This document shows, one piece after another, positions 1-8,986 of a stretch of 62,190 bases of DNA. Numbering within the stretch: the stretch's first letter is position 1; each line of letters begins with the position of its first letter. The notes beneath the pieces are model-generated. The model was not told where the DNA came from and did no database searches. It saw nothing but the letters and a program-made list of their open reading frames with translations. The stretch spans positions 1-62,190 of IMG/VR virus record IMGVR_UViG_3300017978_000202; one strand, written 5' to 3'. This stretch comes from a virus (lineage: Duplodnaviria > Caudoviricetes). The position numbers were made by a program, and so were the translations under genes.

Positions 1-3000
1 AAGTGACCAAACTGACCATGGTCAATAGGGCTATTGAATATAATGGTCTGAGCTGTCCCATAGTTTTGCTCATCACCAAGATTATCCATACCATAAGAAG
101 CGTATGTGTTTGTATCAATACGCTCTAGCTTCATTAGCTGAGTCTCAACATCATCCTTGAAGTCATCGAAAGATATTCTCTTCTGGCCTTGGTACTTATC
201 GTAGGACAGGACAGTATTTATAATGTCCTTTTCAATTTGCTTGCCACGAGACTTCATTAGGTCGCTCACAGCTTGAGGAGCTACCATATTGCCTTTCATC
301 TTCTGAAACTCAGGAAGCTCAAACACAGCTAAAGTAACTCTGGTAACAGGAAGCTGAGGCAGCTCAGTGCTTTGGAATAGAGCACCACCCTTTTGTCTGA
401 TGGCATCAATATCTCCCTCCTTTACGTCTTCAAAAAAGGTTTCGTAAAAGTTATCCTTGCCTGATGTCTCCTGCCAAACTCTAGCCATAGCGTCTGTCAA
501 TGCCATCTGGGCATCAATCTCCTGCTCGGTTATTGTTTGCTTCCCTGTTTCTGCGGAGCGGAGGAGTCCTGTCTTTGCGATTCTCTGGATGGAGCTTTTG
601 ACTTGTTCTCTTTTTGAAGAGACTCGTGCAGGTCCTTTAGGTTCTGCTGGCTTAGTTGTGGCTTTGGTCTCGGGTTGAACAGTCCGTAGTTCGGGCTGTA
701 CCCGCTCAGTCGGTATAGCTTCATTTGTATCTTGTTTAGTTGTTTGTAATGGTGTTACTTTTTCTTTAGCAGGAGCTGGAGATACTAATTTTTCAACTGA
801 TTGAACTAACTCAGGATTACTACCATCTGCTTTAGCTTTATGATATGCTTCAGAAATAGTTTTTGGATTTGATTGTTTAATGCTATTTTTATCAAAGGCT
901 ACAACTTCTTGTGTGCCTTGTGCATAATTTACAATAACACCATCATATCCTAATTTCTTAGCAATTTTAGTAAAGTTATCTGAGCCTATTTCCCTTATTA
1001 TATTTTGACTTCCTTCATCTCTAAATGATTCATCAAGCTTTGCTTCTTGTCCTACTATATCATACAAGTATTGTCCTGAATCTTCAACAGGTAACACAAT
1101 TGGATTTTTTAAATCTATTTTTGCTGCCTTTACAATGTCTCCATATCCTCCTCTATCTCTGTCAGAGTGAAAATAAAATCCTTTCCCATACCAACCATCA
1201 TCGGTACCACCAATTTTATTCTCATCGAATTCATCAAAATCTTTTTTAGTACCGTGATAAACAATATCCTCACCAAGTATTTTTTCTACTTTTTCTGGAG
1301 TTTCTTTTGCAATATTTTGAAGTGCTTTAGTAGTATTTTCTACACTAATTAATGGTGTAGCAATTACTTCTTCTTGGACACCCGCTTCGGTAATGACTTG
1401 AGGTTCTGCTTGGGGTTCTCCTCCCTCCACTTCTTGGCCAACTGTGGCTGTTGGCTGAACAGGTATTTGACCTGCTGCTTGCTTTTGAATGGCATCTTGT
1501 TCTGCTTTTAAGGTTTGTAATTCTTCTTCTAATGCTAATCTTTCAAGATAATTTAATGCATCTCCTCCTCGCTTAGAAATATTGTCATCAGCCTTCAACT
1601 CAAGCTCTAGGGTTTCTATCTGTTGAGTCCTCTCTACAGGTGTTAATCCTGACTCTACTACCGCTTCTTGTTGTATGGCTTTAGGCTTACCAATAATTTT
1701 ATAAGTAGTAGGCTGATATGGGTCTTCAGGCTCTACTTCTTCTATTTGAAAATCAATCTTCTTGTATGAATTTGTAAGGTTGCCAATGATACCCTGAGCT
1801 TGCTGCTCAGTGAGTGCATCATCAGCATATTCTAAATCACCCTTAGGGGATTCAATAAAGTTATAGTTAGCGCTACCATAGGAAAGTACTCTAGGTTTAG
1901 TCTCCTCAAGAACTTTTACAGTCTCTTTTAAAGATTCATTATTAGAATCAACCTGAGCTATCTTCTGCTCTACATCTTTAATTGATTTATCAATCTCCTC
2001 AATCTCCTTATTAGATGTAGCTCTAGCTCTTCTTCCTAGCAACGCTGTAAGCACACCGTTCATAATTGCACCTACTGTACCGCCTACAGCAGCAGACTCC
2101 CCTACACCATCTAAGAAGCTTCTGGTGGAGCCATATATAGCATCTGCTGTTACGTTCTCATAAACAGCTTGAACACCTTCAGTGATAAATTCTTCACCGC
2201 CACCAATCACTGCTCTCTTTAATACTTCAACTCCTTTATTACCAACTAAAGCATTATCCAATCTCTTGAATAAATTATTTACTGGCAACATCTCCAGAGG
2301 GAAAGTCATCACTGCATTTTGAATTGCATATCCAAGTGCCTCATTCTCTGTGGCCCCTTCTAGTTTTGCTTGTTCGTATGATGGTGCAGCTACCTGTGAA
2401 ATAGTTAAAACTCCCTGAGGAGTTCCTATTCGAGACACTACGTTTTTACCATAGTTAGCAACAGCCTGCATTGAAACGCCCTTCTTACCTGCTTCCTTAA
2501 CAATAGCTTTAGCGCCTCCTGAAATTAATCCAGTAAGTAGTACAGGAATCATTTCACCTAAAGCATTGGCTGTCTGTCCCCAAAATCCAGACTCAATATC
2601 TTTATCTGTTGGGACAAAATCATTTACTAAATCTTTCCACTCACCAGCAGCTTGGTAAAAATTAACATTAGCTGCTCCGATTGGAACGGATATATCAAGC
2701 GCAGAAGTCTCATCAACTATACCTGTCTTTGCAGCTATGTTTCGTGCAGCAGCGGAAGCTATTGCAACAGTCTCTAAGACGCTTGCTGGGGACTTGACAA
2801 CTCCTTTAGCTAAAACTTTACCTATCTCTCCAATAACCTTAGGGATACTCTTACCTATAAATTCAGGAGCCTCTCCAGTAGTTTTAACACCAGAGATGCC
2901 CATTGGTCCAAACATTACCTCTTCAGTATACTTTGGTTTTGTAGGCTGTTCAGGTTGAATAGATGGTATTTGTTGAGGCAAAGGCTTTCCGGGCTGATAC

Positions 3001-3326
3001 CCGAACTTAGCCATTTCAGGAGTTGCTTCAGCTGATACGGACGAAACCGAGGAACCAAGAGCCGAAGGTAATGCCGTAGTATCGTCTTTTTTTTTTAACT
3101 CTACTGGCATTTCAGGCTCCTGAACTGAAGCTTTAATTGGGGATACACCCATCAATATTTTATAATCGTCTATTGATTTTTTGTATCCATTCTGTACGGA
3201 TAAATTATAAATATCATTTAAAGCATTTGAATTGGTAGAAAGCAATGTCTTAAATTCATCAACTGATTTCTTGTATCCATTCTGTACCGCTAGGTTGTAT
3301 GAGTCTATAATAGCCTGTTCGTTCAT
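1..3326 (-). CDS. 5' part of giant virion/ejection (large polyvalent-type) protein; continues across the circular junction into 62190..55905 (~3203 aa total)
   Basis: Not in the ORF track because it runs off the edge. I translated from ATG 3326 (MNEQAIIDSYNLAVQNGYKKS...) to position 1 without a stop. The frame matches ORF 55905..62111 across the junction (...DHGQFGHF|NRAIQ...). Contains GGEEFITEGVQ motif and an ART-like domain. Confidence 0.85.
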   Translation of the reverse strand, partial: MNEQAIIDSYNLAVQNGYKKSVDEFKTLLSTNSNALNDIYNLSVQNGYKKSIDDYKILMGVSPIKASVQEPEMPVELKKKDDTTALPSALGSSVSSVSAEATPEMAKFGYQPGKPLPQQIPSIQPEQPTKPKYTEEVMFGPMGISGVKTTGEAPEFIGKSIPKVIGEIGKVLAKGVVKSPASVLETVAIASAAARNIAAKTGIVDETSALDISVPIGAANVNFYQAAGEWKDLVNDFVPTDKDIESGFWGQTANALGEMIPVLLTGLISGGAKAIVKEAGKKGVSMQAVANYGKNVVSRIGTPQGVLTISQVAAPSYEQAKLEGATENEALGYAIQNAVMTFPLEMLPVNNLFKRLDNALVGNKGVEVLKRAVIGGGEEFITEGVQAVYENVTADAIYGSTRSFLDGVGESAAVGGTVGAIMNGVLTALLGRRARATSNKEIEEIDKSIKDVEQKIAQVDSNNESLKETVKVLEETKPRVLSYGSANYNFIESPKGDLEYADDALTEQQAQGIIGNLTNSYKKIDFQIEEVEPEDPYQPTTYKIIGKPKAIQQEAVVESGLTPVERTQQIETLELELKADDNISKRGGDALNYLERLALEEELQTLKAEQDAIQKQAAGQIPVQPTATVGQEVEGGEPQAEPQVITEAGVQEEVIATPLISVENTTKALQNIAKETPEKVEKILGEDIVYHGTKKDFDEFDENKIGGTDDGWYGKGFYFHSDRDRGGYGDIVKAAKIDLKNPIVLPVEDSGQYLYDIVGQEAKLDESFRDEGSQNIIREIGSDNFTKIAKKLGYDGVIVNYAQGTQEVVAFDKNSIKQSNPKTISEAYHKAKADGSNPELVQSVEKLVSPAPAKEKVTPLQTTKQDTNEAIPTERVQPELRTVQPETKATTKPAEPKGPARVSSKREQVKSSIQRIAKTGLLRSAETGKQTITEQEIDAQMALTDAMARVWQETSGKDNFYETFFEDVKEGDIDAIRQKGGALFQSTELPQLPVTRVTLAVFELPEFQKMKGNMVAPQAVSDLMKSRGKQIEKDIINTVLSYDKYQGQKRISFDDFKDDVETQLMKLERIDTNTYASYGMDNLGDEQNYGTAQTIIFNSPIDHGQFGH
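530..724 (-). CDS. Candidate nested out-of-frame ORF (64 aa) within the giant gene
   Basis: ATG preceded by A-rich leader (ACTAAACAAGATACAA-ATG); same +1 frame as the 1364..1495 nested ORF; overlaps a low-complexity linker. Confidence 0.35.
   Translation of the reverse strand: MKLYRLSGYSPNYGLFNPRPKPQLSQQNLKDLHESLQKENKSKAPSRESQRQDSSAPQKQGSKQ
870..1270 (-). other. ADP-ribosyltransferase-like domain (ART-PolyVal type) inside the giant protein
   Basis: Translation gives IVYHGTKKDFDEF...GWYGKGFYF...LKNP...LGYDGVIV...QEVVAFDKNSIK, the H-Y-E ART motif pattern. The segment is more AT-rich than its flanks. Confidence 0.75.
1364..1495 (-). CDS. Nested out-of-frame small basic protein MPFKSKQQVKYLFSQQPQLAKKWRRENPKQNLKSLPKRVSKKK (43 aa)
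   Basis: Manual translation in the +1 frame; A-rich leader TTAAAAGCAGAACAAG-ATG; resembles stand-alone phage 'MPFKS..Q.....A.PE.AK.W' peptides as I recall them. Confidence 0.6.
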   Translation of the reverse strand: MPFKSKQQVKYLFSQQPQLAKKWREENPKQNLKSLPKRVSKKK

Positions 3327-3348
3327 CTTGTATGCTTATATGTATTAA

Positions 3349-5196
3349 TTAATATCCTGCCATAACTCCACTAGTCTTTCTACTTGTCTTAGGTAATAAA
3401 CTTAGTACGGCCTCAGCTGCCATTTCTTGTTCCTCAGCAGTTCCTCCCTTAGCATAAGTTTTAATAATAAAGTCCTGCAGATTTTTAAGTGCAGCTTTAT
3501 TTTTAGCTGGGTCTCCTACTTTATACCCTTCTGATTCTACTCCATTAACATCAACAAAAACATTTCCTGCTGCATTATAATCAAATTTAACTCCTGACAG
3601 TTTTGGTGAAATTAACTTGTTAAACTGCTCTGTCAAAGCTTCTCCGCTTGTAAGCTTTTGAAGATACGGAGTTAATTTAGGAGTCTGAATGCTTTCAGAA
3701 ACAATTGTATTAAGCTCATCTAATGGTGCCTGCTCTTCAGCTTGCTCATCAAATCCTGATGCAACGGTAGTCTCGTTAAGCTGAGCTCCTTGAGGCAATA
3801 GTCTTTTAACTTCTCTCAGTACATCTTCTTGGTTTAGACCTGTTTTTCTAGTAATTGGTCCAATAAATGATTTAATAAATCCTAATGGGTCAGCAAGAGT
3901 TTTCCCATCTGCTCTAAGCTTAAAGGTCTGAAGATTGCCATTTTCATCAGTAATGCTAATTCCATCTTTTAATTTTTTAAGTGGAAGACCAGTTAATCCA
4001 GTAATAAACTTAGTACCAGCGTCTGATTGATTAGCATCTCCTGTAGTAGCAAATATCAAGTTCTCTGCTACGTTTGTAGCATTTGCTTTTTTCTCCGCCC
4101 TTCCCATCTCAGCTTCAGTTCTAGGTCTTCTCTCTTGAAGCTCAACCTGACCGCCTGTTTTGACTTCTTCTTTTCTAGTGACCATGCTTAACAATTGCTG
4201 AGTCATATAGTCTTCAGCCTTCTTCTCTAGCTGTTCTGAGAACTTATACTCAGCTCTGCCTGTATTAGGGTCTACTACTTTAAGAATTAAGTTAGGGTCT
4301 TTAGCTGCCACATTAGGGTCCATAGTAACTTGCACGCCTAATGTATCAGCAAGCAATGATGCTTTTTGAAATGGACTAGATATGACAGCCCCAACAGAGT
4401 CTCTAAGAGACGTATAATAATCAAATAATATTTGACCAGTAACAGGGTCGATATCTTTTCTGTTTCTAAGGTCCTCTACAGATGTAATAGTGCCTAGCTT
4501 ACTTAATGTAGCTGGGTCTAATGTAGATTGAATTTCTACACCTAAGCTATCAGCTATCGGAGTCAAAGACTCCCTAACCCTAAACTTATCTATTCTTGTG
4601 TAGATAGCCCCGTCTATGTATTCCATTCCACGGGTACTACCATCCTTTAGGCCCATTACTTTTTGACCATTAATGTCCTTCTCTTCTTTTAAACCAACAT
4701 TAACCTTTCCTGTAGGGGCATCAATAAAGAATCCTGACTGTCTAAAATTACCGTATCCCTGAATTTCTTCTAAGGCTTGTATTTCTAGGATTGATGATTT
4801 GTCTGTTCTTGCTCTCTCCATTAACTCACCATATTGAGCTTGGAATTCTTTCATGGCCTGAAATCCTCTTGTCGTTCCGTCAACTAAATTCTGACGGGCA
4901 ACCATATAGTCCTTTGGCTTTAATAAACCACTTCTCAAAAGTCTTTCTTGCTGAAGCATATACTGACTTGCTTGGTCAGCGAATCTAAGCGCCTCTTCTT
5001 TTGCGCCAACGTGTTCTCCTTGAGGAGCATTTGAAAGCTGTTCGGCATACTTACGTGTAGCCTCATCAAGAGCGGCTTTCTTTTCTTCCCTTAAAGCAAC
5101 TTCATCACGGAGCATATCCGTCATGTTCTTGCCTATCTCGGCCCAATTGACCTGAGACTCGGCACTACGTTCAGCGTATTTGTAAAATGTTGCCAT
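3349..5196 (-). CDS. Putative internal virion (ejection) protein, 615 aa
   Basis: Long helical ORF lying between the tail genes and the giant protein, the usual podovirus ejection-protein position. Confidence 0.6.
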   Translation of the reverse strand: MATFYKYAERSAESQVNWAEIGKNMTDMLRDEVALREEKKAALDEATRKYAEQLSNAPQGEHVGAKEEALRFADQASQYMLQQERLLRSGLLKPKDYMVARQNLVDGTTRGFQAMKEFQAQYGELMERARTDKSSILEIQALEEIQGYGNFRQSGFFIDAPTGKVNVGLKEEKDINGQKVMGLKDGSTRGMEYIDGAIYTRIDKFRVRESLTPIADSLGVEIQSTLDPATLSKLGTITSVEDLRNRKDIDPVTGQILFDYYTSLRDSVGAVISSPFQKASLLADTLGVQVTMDPNVAAKDPNLILKVVDPNTGRAEYKFSEQLEKKAEDYMTQQLLSMVTRKEEVKTGGQVELQERRPRTEAEMGRAEKKANATNVAENLIFATTGDANQSDAGTKFITGLTGLPLKKLKDGISITDENGNLQTFKLRADGKTLADPLGFIKSFIGPITRKTGLNQEDVLREVKRLLPQGAQLNETTVASGFDEQAEEQAPLDELNTIVSESIQTPKLTPYLQKLTSGEALTEQFNKLISPKLSGVKFDYNAAGNVFVDVNGVESEGYKVGDPAKNKAALKNLQDFIIKTYAKGGTAEEQEMAAEAVLSLLPKTSRKTSGVMAGY

Positions 5197-5202
5197 TGAT
5201 TA

Positions 5203-6069
5203 TTAACCTCTCTTCATACTAGTTATAGCAAAAGGATTTATAAATCCTTGCTCAATATTTTTTACAAATTGATTTGCTTGAGCTTTTCCTTTAGCTCCTA
5301 AGCCAAGGTTTTGTCTTATCAGCCTAAGCGTTTCTGGGTCAGCTTTATTCATAAAGTCTAAGTATTGACCTCTATCCATTCCTGCTACCTTGCTAAAATC
5401 AGTTTCGCCAATTTTACCAAACTTAGATATTTTAGATTGAATATCACCAGATGTTAAATCTTGTTGCCTCATGCCTTGTCTCTCTAGTTTTCCAATCTGT
5501 CTAGCTGAAGCTCCTTTCTCAAACAATGGAGCCTGCTCAGCTAATTGACCAGTAAGACTAGTAAGTCCTTCAAAACCCTGTGCTGTTGCTTGAGCCCCTA
5601 GTTCCTGCGCATTAGCAGCAGCAAGCTGAGCTCCTGCAACTTCTTCAAGGTCTAGCTGAACACCAATATCTCTAAGCCTTCCCTCCTCCTGAGCGCTAAG
5701 CATCTCAAGTTGTTGCAGGTCCTGACCCATTGCTGTTCTTATAGCTGCTTGTCCTTCGTTAGCGGCCATCTGAACACGGCCTGCTGTAGCGGCACCACCT
5801 CTCTCACTTTCAACTCCAGCTTGAAGAGCCTGAGCTCCTTGAGAAAGCATGGCTTCTCTCTGTAACTCATAAGGCTCCTTCTGTATCGCTAACTTATCGT
5901 ATACGTTAACCTCAAGCTTTTGACGTGCTTCTTGCATAGCCTTATCTGCTGCCGTCTCTGCCTCCCTCATCTTTCTTCTTTGAGTTCCTGCATTAGCAAA
6001 AGACATACCTGTTGTAGCTGCTGTAGTCGCTAATCCAATCCCTGCCGCTACTGTTGTAAATGCTGCCAT
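5203..6069 (-). CDS. Putative internal virion (pilot/ejection) protein, 288 aa
   Basis: Ala/Gly-rich hydrophobic N-terminus then Gln/Ala coiled coil; follows the GNAT-like gene. Confidence 0.6.
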   Translation of the reverse strand: MAAFTTVAAGIGLATTAATTGMSFANAGTQRRKMREAETAADKAMQEARQKLEVNVYDKLAIQKEPYELQREAMLSQGAQALQAGVESERGGAATAGRVQMAANEGQAAIRTAMGQDLQQLEMLSAQEEGRLRDIGVQLDLEEVAGAQLAAANAQELGAQATAQGFEGLTSLTGQLAEQAPLFEKGASARQIGKLERQGMRQQDLTSGDIQSKISKFGKIGETDFSKVAGMDRGQYLDFMNKADPETLRLIRQNLGLGAKGKAQANQFVKNIEQGFINPFAITSMKRG

Positions 6070-6070
6070 A

Positions 6071-6481
6071 TTATAATACTTTTATCATTTCAGATGTGTA
6101 TGAGTCTCCTTTAATGTATCCAAGTTCCTCATACGTCTTTATTAAACTTTGATTCTTAATAAGTGCATACACGTACTTACATCCAACTAATCCGCATATT
6201 TCAGTCAATCTGGAGACCAATAATTCAAGTGCGTATTTCCTTAGTTCTTTCTTGGTATAATACTTATTAGAAATAATCCAATCTACCCACCCTACTTTAG
6301 AGTTAGTAAGATACATATATCCTGCACAAATTGGAACATCACCGTCATAAACTATGATGCCACCTTTGCCATCATTAGGGAGGAAGTCCTTTTGTGGAGG
6401 CTCCCATCCCCATTGGCCCCACCATTCTACAAGGATGTCTTCGTAATCCGTTTCGCTTAACTCTCGTATTGTTAGTGCCAT
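6071..6481 (-). CDS. GNAT-fold acetyltransferase-like protein
   Basis: IREL..TD start, ICAGYMY, LIKTYEELGY ending; position upstream of ejection genes. Confidence 0.55.
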   Translation of the reverse strand: MALTIRELSETDYEDILVEWWGQWGWEPPQKDFLPNDGKGGIIVYDGDVPICAGYMYLTNSKVGWVDWIISNKYYTKKELRKYALELLVSRLTEICGLVGCKYVYALIKNQSLIKTYEELGYIKGDSYTSEMIKVL

Positions 6482-6488
6482 GCTATAA

Positions 6489-6496
6489 CAAAGATA
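6489..6496 (-). promoter_or_regulatory. Bacteroidota -7 promoter box (representative)
   Basis: TATCTTTG just upstream of 6481; similar TAnnTTTG boxes at 15083, 18895, 31878, 34515, 39316, 39981, 40016, all upstream of minus-strand genes. Confidence 0.65.
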
Positions 6497-6502
6497 TTAA
6501 TT

Positions 6503-7309
6503 TTAAGGGAAACTTTTCATTACGTCTGCCTCAACAGCATAGAGCTCAATCTTATCCGTGTAAGTATTCTCCATATCAAATACGCAGTAATGACCAAGCA
6601 CTCCATGGGATTCAGCAACTGAATTCTTAACGTAAAATATAAACGCATCCTGAATAGGTATAGGAGTCGTTCCTGCTATCGTGGTATCAATTGTTATCTG
6701 ATTAATACTGCTAGGCAGGTTCACTGTTATAGCCGTTACACGACCAGCCAGTACAGGCGTACCATAAGAAGGGGGCAGTGAGAAATACAAAAGGTCTCCA
6801 ATGCTTATGATACTACCAATAGAAACACTAGTAGGGAATATGACTACATTCCCGCCAACAACCTGACTACTTTGACCAATACCATTCACACTTCTTAAAG
6901 ACAGTTCGCCTACAGCGTTGTTTCTAATGAAGGCAAAGTATGTGGCTTCTTTCTTCTCAAACCAATCCAATTGGATAAAGCCTGACACCTGTATGTCGGT
7001 CTCTAATGTAAAGGCCCATGGGGCATCTCCCTGTATGTCTATCGTTTTGAATACCTTATTCTCTAGGACAGAAGTGTTAAATACACTCTTCATTCTAGTT
7101 GGAGTAAAGTCTGCATTTGGTGTGCCATTCTTGGCCTGCCAAGGAGTGTAGAACGTGTTCCTTTCCTCGTTGGTATTGTGCCTGTATAAATCTCCGCCTT
7201 TAAACGTATAGAAATAATTGTTCATCCCTATCATCCAGTCAGGATAATAAGAATAGAAGGAGACCCATCCGGGCCCCGCTTCGCTGTATGTTAATGTATA
7301 GTTTGCCAT
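6503..7309 (-). CDS. Tail protein (C-terminal half of a muzzle/stabilization-type protein)
   Basis: TLTYSE..GWVSFYSYYPDWMIGMNN.FYTFKGG.LY.H and KVFKTI motifs; position in tail module. Confidence 0.6.
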   Translation of the reverse strand: MANYTLTYSEAGPGWVSFYSYYPDWMIGMNNYFYTFKGGDLYRHNTNEERNTFYTPWQAKNGTPNADFTPTRMKSVFNTSVLENKVFKTIDIQGDAPWAFTLETDIQVSGFIQLDWFEKKEATYFAFIRNNAVGELSLRSVNGIGQSSQVVGGNVVIFPTSVSIGSIISIGDLLYFSLPPSYGTPVLAGRVTAITVNLPSSINQITIDTTIAGTTPIPIQDAFIFYVKNSVAESHGVLGHYCVFDMENTYTDKIELYAVEADVMKSFP

Positions 7310-7314
7310 AATTA

Positions 7315-8973
7315 TTAAGGACAGGTTCCAAATTCAATAATCGCTCCATTAGAATCCACTCGATACCAGTTGTTGGCCCCCGCTGCCGTTGTCTTGTAGT
7401 AGCCCGTGCTTAGTTTAAACTGACCATTAACATCACTGAATACTAGGTCATATAAACCAAGTACTCCAGCGGCACCATTGACATGGGCCACATAGAATGT
7501 CTGGTCAATAGCGTTAACACAAGCAGTTGAGCTGTCAAAATTGTTAAGGCTAGATGCAAATGATGTTAAAGGAGCTGCACATAGAATTTCTATATTGAAT
7601 TCAGTTGTTGAACAAATTCCAATAAGACTAAGATTCATTATTGATGGACTAGCTGTAGGCTTTGGTATTACCATTACGCATAGGCCCGGAGCTGATGCAT
7701 TAGTTTGCATTTGCCCAGACAATACAGTTACAGATGTTTCTGTTCCTAATGAAGCAAAAGTAGTTCCATTATACTCAAACTCATCAACATTAGAATAAGG
7801 AGAGTTCGCTACTATATTACAATCAAGAGCTGTTTCACCAACAAAAGTATGTAATCCTGCAGTGCCTTGACGCCATCCAAATGAAGGTGATGACAACCCA
7901 TTATAGTTCACGCTATTATATGTGGCTAATATACCATCAGGAACTCCTTGAGGATTAAATTTAACAATTATCGCTCCAGTGTTTGTGCTTACATTTGTCT
8001 CAATATAGTACACACCTTGGCCTCCACTACCAGTTATTGAGCCGCCACATGGGATTGGAACCAGACAAGTACCAAACAAAACAATCGCTCCATTTGCATC
8101 TACCTGATACCATTCATTAGCCCCTGCATCACTGGTCTTATAAAACCCTGCTGATAACTTTGATTGCCCATTGGCATCACTAAATACCAAGTCGTATAAG
8201 CCAAGAACACCACCAGACCCATTCACATGAGCTACATAATACGTTTGGTCTATAGTATCAGCGCAAGCCAATTCACTATTAGCATTCACTGTGCTTGAAT
8301 CAAATGATGGCAACGAAGCTGGACAAGCTACTGAAATACTGAACTCTGTTCCAGAGCATGGTCCAATAAAAGTAAGGTTCAATATAGATGGGCTTGCTGC
8401 TATTTTTGGGATTACCATCAATGTATTTCCCGGTGCCAACGCTGTCAAGTCCATTTGTCCTGCCAATATACTTACAGATGTATCTGTACCTAGAGCGGCA
8501 AAATCTGTCCCATCGTACTGAAATTCATCCAAAGTGTACGGAGAGCCTGCCACTATACCACAATCAGCAGAAGCTAATCCAATATAAGTAGGTAGCCCTG
8601 CTGTACCCTGAAGCCAACCATATACAGGTGAAGACACACCATTGTATACAACGGTATTGTAAACCGCCTTAATGCCATCTGGTATGTTCAAAGGATTAAA
8701 TCTAATAACAACAGCGCCTATAGCCGAGCCTAAGTCCGTGTTAAGGTAATAGATACCTTGAACACCATCTGCAGATATAGTTTCCCCACAAGGGATAGAA
8801 CAAGAAGGACAGGTTTGCTGAGGCAGAAGTACGCAGTCAACTAACTCCCTTGATATGATACCATCTGAGTAGAATCCATTTGGAGCACATACCGTTAAAG
8901 CTGCGTTTGTGAACACAGCTGTAGCGGAGCCTAGTGATGGAGCGTTTAAATAATACGTTGAGCTTGTGGCCAT
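7315..8973 (-). CDS. Cys-rich tail-associated protein with a 247-aa internal duplication
   Basis: Repeats start at IPCG (nt 8796 and 8055) and both end ...GAI..FGTC. Confidence 0.65.
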   Translation of the reverse strand: MATSSTYYLNAPSLGSATAVFTNAALTVCAPNGFYSDGIISRELVDCVLLPQQTCPSCSIPCGETISADGVQGIYYLNTDLGSAIGAVVIRFNPLNIPDGIKAVYNTVVYNGVSSPVYGWLQGTAGLPTYIGLASADCGIVAGSPYTLDEFQYDGTDFAALGTDTSVSILAGQMDLTALAPGNTLMVIPKIAASPSILNLTFIGPCSGTEFSISVACPASLPSFDSSTVNANSELACADTIDQTYYVAHVNGSGGVLGLYDLVFSDANGQSKLSAGFYKTSDAGANEWYQVDANGAIVLFGTCLVPIPCGGSITGSGGQGVYYIETNVSTNTGAIIVKFNPQGVPDGILATYNSVNYNGLSSPSFGWRQGTAGLHTFVGETALDCNIVANSPYSNVDEFEYNGTTFASLGTETSVTVLSGQMQTNASAPGLCVMVIPKPTASPSIMNLSLIGICSTTEFNIEILCAAPLTSFASSLNNFDSSTACVNAIDQTFYVAHVNGAAGVLGLYDLVFSDVNGQFKLSTGYYKTTAAGANNWYRVDSNGAIIEFGTCP

Positions 8974-8986
8974 TTTATTTTTTGGT

